This document shows, in pieces, positions 57,054-64,000 of a stretch of 64,000 nucleotides of DNA; positions within the stretch are counted from its first letter, which is position 1; every line of letters starts with the position of its first letter. Below the pieces are notes generated by a model, which saw nothing but the letters and a program-made list of their open reading frames with translations, searched no databases and was not told where the DNA came from. Source of the DNA: an uncultured Pseudomonadota bacterium (lineage in GTDB: Bacteria; Pseudomonadota; Alphaproteobacteria; RF32; CAG-239); NCBI GenBank assembly GCA_947054505.1, contig CAMRWU010000002.1:70214-134213 (forward strand). Direction: 5' to 3'. The position numbers were made by a program, and so were the translations under genes.

Positions 57054-57644
57054 TTATTTTCTTTTCAGAAAATTATAGATTGTTGTAATGCTAACTCCTA
57101 AAATTTTTGCAACTTGTGTTTTGGGAACACCTTTGTGTAATAAGTTAATAACTTCTTGTTCTTTACCATCAAGAATATGCTTTTTATTTTGACTACCAAA
57201 TTCTCGACCTAATTTCCGACCTGTAGCTCTGATTCTGTGCAAAGCCTCTTTAGTCCTTTGACTGATAAGATTTCTTTCTATTTCCGCTGACAACGAAAAA
57301 GCAAAAGCCAAAACTTTGCTTTGAATATCTGCCCCGAGCCGGTAATTATCTTTAATCGTCCAAACTTGAGCCTCTTTTTTCATGCAAAGATTGAGAATTG
57401 TCATTATTTGCAAAAGGTTTCTGCCGAGGCGAGAAATTTCCGAGCAAATCAAAATATCATCTTTCTTGAGTTTTTTTAAGATTTTGCCTAATTTTCGCTT
57501 TTCAAAATCTTTAGTGCCGCTAATGGTTTCTGTTATCCATCTATCAATCTTAATTTGTTCTTTCTCACAAAAGTTATTGATTTCAAATTCTTGATTTTCA
57601 AGAGTTTGTTTGTCTGTCGATACGCGAACATATCCGTAAATCAT
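57054..57644 (-). CDS. Serine site-specific DNA invertase/resolvase (Hin/Gin/Mpi type) with a C-terminal HTH
   Basis: MIYGYVRVSTDKQTLENQ catalytic-Ser motif. C-terminal GVPKTQVAKILGVSITTIYNFLK is an HTH. AAGGAG RBS before the ATG at 57644. Confidence 0.8.
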   Translation of the reverse strand: MIYGYVRVSTDKQTLENQEFEINNFCEKEQIKIDRWITETISGTKDFEKRKLGKILKKLKKDDILICSEISRLGRNLLQIMTILNLCMKKEAQVWTIKDNYRLGADIQSKVLAFAFSLSAEIERNLISQRTKEALHRIRATGRKLGREFGSQNKKHILDGKEQEVINLLHKGVPKTQVAKILGVSITTIYNFLKRK

Positions 57645-57745
57645 AGTGTTCTCCTTAAAATTTGATACAAAAAAAGGCCTCTCGTTAGTCATAACGAGAG
57701 GCACACATTTCATCATATATTATGTTATTGCAGTCAATTGGCCTT

Positions 57746-57979
57746 TTATTTACCAGTTTTTTCACTTCTGACAATTTCTACAATGCCGAATGCAGAAACT
57801 GCCAGCGCGACAATATGTTCCACCAATTCAGGACTGATTGCCACGCCAAGACCGGATAACAGACCGATTAAACCACGCCACGTGGATGGTTGGTTGAGTT
57901 TTAAGAGTTCAATAAGTTTAAGCATTTTCATTCCTTTCATAAAAAAGCCCTGTTCGGGCGGGTTAACAAGCAAGCTCAA
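57746..57979 (-). CDS. Small membrane protein, holin-like
   Basis: 77 aa, two hydrophobic helices (WRGLIGLLSGLGVAI and HIVALAVSAFGIVEIV), charged C-terminus. Confidence 0.45.
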   Translation of the reverse strand: MSLLVNPPEQGFFMKGMKMLKLIELLKLNQPSTWRGLIGLLSGLGVAISPELVEHIVALAVSAFGIVEIVRSEKTGK

Positions 57980-58376
57980 TCCCTCGCTGAATTATTTCGT
58001 CAGAATATGGCTGAATACCATTTTCCATACGGATGACGGCTTTAATAAACACAGTCAGCACACCACGCTCCTCAATATCTATTATTGTGTCCGGATAAAC
58101 ACCGAATTGTTTAGCAACCGACTGGATATAGGCGGTGGTCTGGTTTTCATTCGGTGGTGCGTAACGGCTGATAATCTGTCGAACCGTGTTTAAACCGTGA
58201 ATTTTCTTATAATTGACAAGAACCTTTGCCAATGCTCGGATGCCGTAAATCGAATCTGTAAAAACACAAAAGGCAGGATCTATTTTCCTGCCATCTGGGT
58301 TTAAGCCATGCCAATTTGCACCGTGCCGGATATTTCCGGGATTATTGTTTCTTATGCCTCTTGGTCGTTGATCCAT
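57963..58376 (-). CDS. Phage protein, possible endolysin by position
   Basis: 137 aa between two small TM proteins. Conserved-looking RNNNPGNIRHG...W.G motif. Family not identified. Confidence 0.35.
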   Translation of the reverse strand: MDQRPRGIRNNNPGNIRHGANWHGLNPDGRKIDPAFCVFTDSIYGIRALAKVLVNYKKIHGLNTVRQIISRYAPPNENQTTAYIQSVAKQFGVYPDTIIDIEERGVLTVFIKAVIRMENGIQPYSDEIIQRGIELAC

Positions 58377-58569
58377 TGTGTATCTCCCATATCATTTCCC
58401 TTAAATCGTCAATTTTAAGTTCAAGCCGGTTGATGTGCACCTGTGTCGCATATTCCCGAGCAACCTGAACTTTAAAATCGCTGAGTTCCTTGCGTATTTC
58501 GCCAAACTTATAAACCAGCCAAACGAAAGCCGGAACGCAGACTATCTGTAAAAACTGCAACCAATCCAT
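58342..58569 (-). CDS. Small N-terminal-TM/coiled-coil protein (holin or spanin-like)
   Basis: 75 aa. The TM helix is FLQIVCVPAFVWLVYKF, followed by a charged coiled coil. Confidence 0.4.
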   Translation of the reverse strand: MDWLQFLQIVCVPAFVWLVYKFGEIRKELSDFKVQVAREYATQVHINRLELKIDDLREMIWEIHNGSTTKRHKKQ

Positions 58570-60806
58570 TATGTTTTGTAAACCTCCTCACTTTCATTAA
58601 CACAAGATATTTCCACGGTATCGCCACGTGGGCGTACTCCGATGACCTTTGCCATCATTGACATCTTGCCCTTTGTGCCAAAAGCAAAATGCGTTCGTTC
58701 TTTGGCTGTGCCGGTGTAAATTTCAAAATCCGGCGTTGTTTGCAGAACGGCCTCGCTATCCACCGCACCTCGGACGACTTGATAAACATCGCTCATAGAA
58801 CCATCAAGCAACCTAAAACTGATAAAATGCTCTTCGTCTGGTTTCCAAATCAGGCTTTCCGAGAGCTTCAGCATATTGCCGGAGATTGACAACACTTCGC
58901 CGCCTTGTCCCCATTCGCACATATCGTGAGTTATGCTGATTAAATCGCCGTATGTCGGTATCAGCCCCTCAAGCTCTGTGCTAAATGTGATGTATTTTCG
59001 CCGATAACGGTTGCAGGCGCACATATAATAGCCTTCTCGTTCAGCGTGAGCTTTATCTGTGCAACCGAACAAATCCACATTGGCGGGATTTTCTTCGGTG
59101 CTGTCAGGAAGTTTGGTTACGACATCGTCATATTTCCAGTATTTATTTGAGAAATATTGCACTTTGACACTATCCGCCGTATCTTCAGACGGCATGACAT
59201 ATTCTATTGAAAAGCTGTCTTTAATAATGTTTCTCGGTGTAAACATTGCGGTAGGTATGGTTTTCGGCTCATCACGGATAATCCGTACCATCCCGGATTG
59301 CAAAATAGGCAAAGCTCTGCCACACCGCGCAACTTTTGACACTGCCTCCCAAATTGTGGTCGCGCTATCAAAAATCCCGTCAAAATAATCGCCGCGGCTT
59401 TCCCAAACCTTGTCCAACTGTTCCAATTCCGCTAGATGTATGCGTTCATCGGGCAGTTTGCCGCCATATTGGGCTTTTAAGATGTCGGCAATGCTCCAAG
59501 CTATGGAACGACAAGCAACCGGCTCGCTCCAACCGGTTGCGTTGTTCCATTTCTTAACCTTGCGAGTAATAATGGCGTTGATTTTTCGGCTGGAATTGGA
59601 TGACAAATTGTTGGTTGCCCGCATTTTGATTGCTAAAAGCGCCATTTCACCAAAAGTTGTGGGCTTTTCCATATAGCCTTTGAGACTTTCCCAATAGATA
59701 GCGTGAGCCGCGCGGGCGCTGGTATCTTTAGTATCAAGGCGAGTAGCTCGGACTTCATAACGTCCCATTGCGACACTATAATTATATGTAAGGCGAATTG
59801 GCTTGTTTTGTGCCGCCGAATAAGTCTCCGAACCAAGCACAAACCAGTCTCCCAGCGGATTACCGGAATCATCAACGGTTCTGGCTTCCACTTTCCATTG
59901 AATGGTTTTAGAAGAGAGTCCGCCGCTGTCATTGGCATAATACAAACCAGCGCTCATCACTATATCAACGCCGATTTTATCAATTTTTGTATCTTCAGGA
60001 TTGACTATGAAACCGCCGGTATATTCATCTTTCATTAGTTCTTGGCCGGCAATTTCCGCCGCCATAACAACATTCGGATTAAAAAGCGTAACCTCTTGGT
60101 TAGGTTCGACAATCTCGTATTCCACCTCTGCAAAACTACTGATTGGCGTATCATCAATGCGAAGTTGCTCTACCTCACAATAACCTTGGGTCAAGACATG
60201 GAGCTGGTGCAGATACTGCTCGTTATTTTTATATTCGGTATAAGGTTTAGCGGCAAAATCAGGGTAAATAATATGCCGACCATATAAAACCGGAATGACA
60301 CCGCCGAGTTTGGCTTGATTACCGCGTGCATTTAAGGAATAAGTCGGGCTTGTTTCCATAGATGACGAAGCGTAAGACGAACTCAAGCTACTGGATGGCG
60401 AGGGAATAACTGCGTTAACCAACATTGAGCCACCCACACTGACAGCGGTTGCCGCGGCGGCTCCAGCCAAAGTTCCATAAGCACCGGCGGCAATTCCGCC
60501 GGTGTAATATGCAGCCACCATAACGGCCACTGACAACACGACTTTTAACGGATTAGAACCACCACCGCCGCCACCTTGCGGCAAACAAAGAAAAGCAAGA
60601 TGGTCTGTCATTTTGGGGCAGAAGTTCCAATATCGCCGTAATAATGGTTCACCGTTTAAAAAACAGATAAATGGCAAGTTTTGCGGATTGATGTTATATT
60701 CAGCAACAATTTCCGCCACGTTCATTTGTTTCAGGCAATAAAAAACCTCGCTTTGCACGAGGTTGAAAGGATTTTGTATTTTAACTATTTGCATTTTAAA
60801 TTCCAA
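58569..60806 (-). CDS. Phage tail protein (host-specificity / central tail fibre J-like), tentative
   Basis: 745 aa, downstream of an NlpC/P60 tail-assembly-like gene. Gly run GGGGGG. Confidence 0.5.
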   Translation of the reverse strand: MEFKMQIVKIQNPFNLVQSEVFYCLKQMNVAEIVAEYNINPQNLPFICFLNGEPLLRRYWNFCPKMTDHLAFLCLPQGGGGGGSNPLKVVLSVAVMVAAYYTGGIAAGAYGTLAGAAAATAVSVGGSMLVNAVIPSPSSSLSSSYASSSMETSPTYSLNARGNQAKLGGVIPVLYGRHIIYPDFAAKPYTEYKNNEQYLHQLHVLTQGYCEVEQLRIDDTPISSFAEVEYEIVEPNQEVTLFNPNVVMAAEIAGQELMKDEYTGGFIVNPEDTKIDKIGVDIVMSAGLYYANDSGGLSSKTIQWKVEARTVDDSGNPLGDWFVLGSETYSAAQNKPIRLTYNYSVAMGRYEVRATRLDTKDTSARAAHAIYWESLKGYMEKPTTFGEMALLAIKMRATNNLSSNSSRKINAIITRKVKKWNNATGWSEPVACRSIAWSIADILKAQYGGKLPDERIHLAELEQLDKVWESRGDYFDGIFDSATTIWEAVSKVARCGRALPILQSGMVRIIRDEPKTIPTAMFTPRNIIKDSFSIEYVMPSEDTADSVKVQYFSNKYWKYDDVVTKLPDSTEENPANVDLFGCTDKAHAEREGYYMCACNRYRRKYITFSTELEGLIPTYGDLISITHDMCEWGQGGEVLSISGNMLKLSESLIWKPDEEHFISFRLLDGSMSDVYQVVRGAVDSEAVLQTTPDFEIYTGTAKERTHFAFGTKGKMSMMAKVIGVRPRGDTVEISCVNESEEVYKT

Positions 60807-61287
60807 ATAAATCAGGTTGGTCTTCTTTTAAGATAGCTAAAAGATTATAATAAGCCCATGAAACTAAGGAAACATCAATATCTGAATAAGGTGTCTTATC
60901 CCCATGAAACAAATTACAACGAACCTGATAAACAGCATTCAAAAAGTCATATAGTGTATCATGTTGTTCATCAAATATAGCATCTTTAGCCCTACAAGAA
61001 ACACGCATATCTTTTACAAATGTTCTAGGAAAACAGTATTCACTTTTGAGATGAGAAAAATCAGATAAAATTTGTTGTTTTTTTGTATCATAGATTCCCT
61101 GAGTCCTTGTATCACTCGCCAATAAAGTTAAACAAGAACGGTCAAGCTCTTCAGGAAATTTATTTGAATAATATGAATTATAGCTCATCCACAAGATAAT
61201 AAATCTAAAAAATATATCAGATGAAGCAGTTCTATCACAACTAGATATGCCTTCTAAATAATGCAACCATTTTCCAAAATTACTCAT
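60796..61287 (-). CDS. Hypothetical protein inserted in the tail module (moron candidate)
   Basis: 163 aa. No resemblance to tail assembly proteins. Confidence 0.4.
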   Translation of the reverse strand: MSNFGKWLHYLEGISSCDRTASSDIFFRFIILWMSYNSYYSNKFPEELDRSCLTLLASDTRTQGIYDTKKQQILSDFSHLKSEYCFPRTFVKDMRVSCRAKDAIFDEQHDTLYDFLNAVYQVRCNLFHGDKTPYSDIDVSLVSWAYYNLLAILKEDQPDLFGI

Positions 61288-61663
61288 ATTCTAAAATCTC
61301 CATAATCTGCCAGCCATTCATTTTAAGTTCGGGCAATTTTTGAAACACCACGCCAACGCCCTGCATATTATGCAAGACACCACCGCCGTCAGCATCGCAA
61401 TAAACACCGACATGACAAGGATATTTGTTCTGTGTTAAAATAACAATGTTTTTATCCTTAAAATCAGAAGTTTCTTGTAAATGGTTATAATTAGACGATT
61501 TTCTGAACTCAGATAAAACATCTCTCAGGCTTGTCGCGTCTGTTACAATCGGCGATAGCTCTATCTGCAGCTCATTTTTGTAAATGTCCCGAACCAATCC
61601 CCAACAATCGTATTCGCCGTTAATCCACGGCTTTCCAATATATTTAACTGCCCAATGTATCAT
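61280..61663 (-). CDS. NlpC/P60-family peptidase (phage tail assembly protein K-like)
   Basis: EYDCWGLV (catalytic Cys) then PCHVGVY...GGGVLHN (His residues). 127 aa. Confidence 0.6.
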   Translation of the reverse strand: MIHWAVKYIGKPWINGEYDCWGLVRDIYKNELQIELSPIVTDATSLRDVLSEFRKSSNYNHLQETSDFKDKNIVILTQNKYPCHVGVYCDADGGGVLHNMQGVGVVFQKLPELKMNGWQIMEILEYE

Positions 61664-61664
61664 T

Positions 61665-62189
61665 TTAGCTCACTAACCCCATAAATTTTGACAACCGATA
61701 AGTTTCATTTGGAAATGTTTTGTTTCCTATGTCGGTCATTCTGGCCTTAGCCGTGATTTTGTAAACATCGCCGCTGACTTCCGTAACGGTCAAGCTGACC
61801 GGTGGTATCATTTGGGGCGTTTCCAAATCCGTTGACAGATACGGTCGATAAATAAGCTCGGTTTTGTGTTGAGAGGAAGCAGCGTTGTCTAAATGCTTGA
61901 TAATCTCTCGGCTGACATTATCAATCTCGATTGATATTTCCGGAACGGCGGATGTATCAACCGGTGGCAACTCCAAATCAAAACACATTGCTAAAAACTC
62001 AACATCTTCACCGGTTTCTAATTTTGCCGTGATATTATGAAAGCCCTGAACCAATCGAATTGTGGTTGGATTTCCGTTATCATCCATAAAATCCGGATGT
62101 TTTATCTCCAAAGTATGATAAATAAAAACATCGCTAGGACTTGAAGCATACGCCTCAATAATCGCCTCTTGTAAAACATCATTGGGCAT
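61665..62189 (-). CDS. Phage minor tail protein (L-like position), tentative
   Basis: 174 aa. The call rests on position only. Confidence 0.35.
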   Translation of the reverse strand: MPNDVLQEAIIEAYASSPSDVFIYHTLEIKHPDFMDDNGNPTTIRLVQGFHNITAKLETGEDVEFLAMCFDLELPPVDTSAVPEISIEIDNVSREIIKHLDNAASSQHKTELIYRPYLSTDLETPQMIPPVSLTVTEVSGDVYKITAKARMTDIGNKTFPNETYRLSKFMGLVS

Positions 62190-62190
62190 T

Positions 62191-63690
62191 TTAGCTTCCT
62201 TTACACGGCATAAAAGTCAATTCTCCCCCCGTTAATTTGACAACATCACCGATATTCACAAGAAAAGACAAACTATTATATTCTTCCCAGCTACCGTATG
62301 CGCCATATTGCCTAAAAACGGTATATCCGTTAATCGTGCCAGTGATATTGCTGTTATACACGGTGTTTCTCATTAGAATCCAACCTGTTTGAGAAATTGT
62401 AACATCTGTATTTAAGGCCAATACCTGTCGTCTAGTCCAATCTGGACAAAGCCATTTTATTATTTTGGAAATGGCGGTTGCGGATAAATTGGAAATATCC
62501 GTATTGAGCTTATTCGCTAAACCACTTCGCATTTCCACCGTTTCTTCTTCTGACAGAGGTCGGCTTATATCGGCACACTTTATATATACCAGCTCATAAT
62601 AAGATTTAGGGCGAGTTTCATTGCCAAAACGAGGATTGCCATTAGAACTGTCTGTAATGGGAGTGACTGCACACAACCAGTCAGATGTTCTGGAACCGCG
62701 TAATTGCATATATTCATCTGTTCCGTTTGTTGCTGATGGATTACCTGTATAGCCATCATTGCCAAAAATATCCGCACGATAACCTGAAGATGTCGAATCC
62801 TGTCTGTAAACCATTTCGTGCCAATGTCCCTGAAATTGGTCGTTTAAGACATTACCGACATTATCTAACGTGCCGCTTCGGGCATAATTGGCAAGCAAAG
62901 GCAAAATAACGGTGTCATTATCAACTTTGACATAACTGGCACACATTCCATAGTTGCTAACTTGGTTGTCATAAGTGTCCTCGTCAACAAAGACCAAATA
63001 ATCGGTATCAACCAGTTGCGTAAAAAAATCAGGGTATCTGGTTCTGGTAATGGTATTTTTGAACCATACAGGCTCATATCCGTCCGGCACTTTTTTGTTT
63101 GCCGGTACAGACAACCTTGATCCTAATGGTGCCGGTGCTGCGGATTCAGCGTAATATCTCGCCTGATTTGCCTGAGCTTCCGCCCGCTCAATTTGTTTTT
63201 GCCCCTCGGCTTGCACATCGGCGATTTGTGTGTTTCCGGCGGAATTAATGGAATTGATTTGTGTTACACCGCTGTTTTGAATCGCCGAAATCTGTGCCGA
63301 ACTTTCGGTTTGGATTGTTGAAACGGCTGTATCGGTCGCAGATGAAATATTATTAAAAATCTGGTTTGCCTGATTCTTTATATTTAAAGTGTCGGTTTTA
63401 AGCTGTTCTGTATCTGATTTTATAATATTTGTATCATTTTTGAGCTGATTTGTGGCATTTCTAGCCGCAATCGCCTCATCTCTGGCACTTTCAGCCTCCG
63501 CCACCACATCAGAAACGCCGCCGGTTATCGCCTCACGGATGTCTTTTAATTGTTTGGCAACCGTTGGCACATCGCCGTTTTCAGTCTCAATCGTGCTGTT
63601 TTCATCACCATGGACAATTGTGTGCCATTTTGAACCGTCTGTCTCCGCACTCGCTACAACGGCTTCCAGTCTTTCTTCCATATTGGCCAT
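62191..63690 (-). CDS. Phage tail fibre-like protein
   Basis: 499 aa. The N-terminal third has coiled-coil/repetitive T-, Q- and N-rich segments (TDTLNIKNQANQIFNNISSATDTAVSTIQTESSAQISAIQNSGVTQINS). The C-terminal half is globular and aromatic-rich. An AGGAG RBS overlaps the upstream stop. Confidence 0.5.
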   Translation of the reverse strand: MANMEERLEAVVASAETDGSKWHTIVHGDENSTIETENGDVPTVAKQLKDIREAITGGVSDVVAEAESARDEAIAARNATNQLKNDTNIIKSDTEQLKTDTLNIKNQANQIFNNISSATDTAVSTIQTESSAQISAIQNSGVTQINSINSAGNTQIADVQAEGQKQIERAEAQANQARYYAESAAPAPLGSRLSVPANKKVPDGYEPVWFKNTITRTRYPDFFTQLVDTDYLVFVDEDTYDNQVSNYGMCASYVKVDNDTVILPLLANYARSGTLDNVGNVLNDQFQGHWHEMVYRQDSTSSGYRADIFGNDGYTGNPSATNGTDEYMQLRGSRTSDWLCAVTPITDSSNGNPRFGNETRPKSYYELVYIKCADISRPLSEEETVEMRSGLANKLNTDISNLSATAISKIIKWLCPDWTRRQVLALNTDVTISQTGWILMRNTVYNSNITGTINGYTVFRQYGAYGSWEEYNSLSFLVNIGDVVKLTGGELTFMPCKGS

Positions 63691-63699
63691 AATAAACTC

Positions 63700-64000
63700 C
63701 TAATATCCACAAGCATACCAAGATTTTTGTTGGCTGGAACTTCCACCATTATTATAGATTTTCATTTCTGTTCCTGATGTTTTGGTTATACATTGGGCGT
63801 AAATTTGTGAATTTGTTCCCAAAGTTGTCGCAACAACTGTATAATTAGTATCTCTGAATGCTTTGGGAAAAATAATGGTAACCGTCCCGCCAGCATTAGC
63901 AACACCACCTTGTTCAATCCAACCATCTGGCCAGACCCTATACCATGATGAACCATCACTATAGGTGGTAAATAATTTAGCAAACAGTGTTTCTTTTGAT
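63700..64000 (-). CDS. C-terminal part of a tail fibre protein; the gene starts beyond the window end
   Basis: The reverse-complement frame reads ...YSDGSSWYRVWPDGWIEQGGVANAGG...KIYNNGGSSSQQKSWYACGY-stop. The WxxWxDGWIEQGG motif is typical of phage tail-fibre C-terminal domains, from memory. Confidence 0.5.
   Translation of the reverse strand, partial: SKETLFAKLFTTYSDGSSWYRVWPDGWIEQGGVANAGGTVTIIFPKAFRDTNYTVVATTLGTNSQIYAQCITKTSGTEMKIYNNGGSSSQQKSWYACGY

Larger units (their letters stand above)
39800..64000. mobile_element. Mosaic accessory/prophage-like region that continues past the window end. It contains two serine recombinases, an R-M system, a glycan-modification operon, and phage lysis and tail genes.
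   Basis: Gene content as listed below. The left boundary is marked by the GC-rich fragment and terminators at the end of the polysaccharide locus. The right boundary is not reached. Confidence 0.5.

Noticed and set aside
59059-60287. Several + strand ORFs (109, 73, 88, 111, 60, 81 aa) inside the 745-aa tail gene
   Set aside because: Antisense to a long, continuous minus-strand ORF; no independent support.
57054-63690. Mu/P1-type invertible tail-fibre (G/C segment) system
   Set aside because: The invertase is adjacent to the small IR-bounded promoter segment, not to the fibre genes. No inverted fibre C-terminal cassettes or matching repeats lie in the fibre region within the window.

Overview
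This window is AT-rich throughout and reads as the chromosome of a flagellated, apparently anaerobic/fermentative alphaproteobacterium. Alphaproteobacterial cell-cycle and division genes (MipZ, a CcrM-like DPPY adenine methyltransferase, HdaA, a CckA-like hybrid kinase, fliQ-fliR-flhB) sit alongside AdhE, Pta-AckA and a flavin-reductase/rubredoxin fusion.

- About 1-28 kb: conserved housekeeping genes in operon-like order, with clean rho-independent terminators.
- About 28-39.8 kb: a surface-glycan locus. It holds a K+ channel, a fused LicC/LicA-like phosphocholine activation gene, HAD, Ugd, epimerase, GT2 and GT1. It also holds a tRNA-Pro(CGG) whose 3' end plus downstream terminator is duplicated about 170 bp away, around a GC-rich 107-bp insert.
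- About 39.8-64 kb: a mosaic accessory, prophage-like region. It starts with a GC-rich 5S-rRNA-like fragment between two terminators. It then carries a roughly 2-kb cassette bounded by 27-bp direct repeats (PD-(D/E)xK-fold protein + LMW protein-tyrosine phosphatase), a large serine recombinase with two ParB-like genes and a metallophosphoesterase, and a type II C5-cytosine R-M pair with a 20-bp perfect palindrome in its divergent promoter. Next comes a tightly coupled 5-gene glycan-decoration operon (GT2, HAD, GT1-acetyltransferase fusion, LicD, TagD/CCT-type cytidylyltransferase), and the window ends with phage lysis and tail genes.

The most interesting signal is a 168-bp segment between that glycan operon and an adjacent Hin-type serine invertase. 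It is flanked by 12-bp perfect inverted repeats (core AACGTTCG, resembling the Bacteroides Mpi-type invertase site) and contains a sigma70-like promoter. I read it as a candidate phase-variable promoter switch (inverton) controlling island-borne surface-glycan/phosphocholine decoration.

I found no CRISPR array and no rRNA operon.
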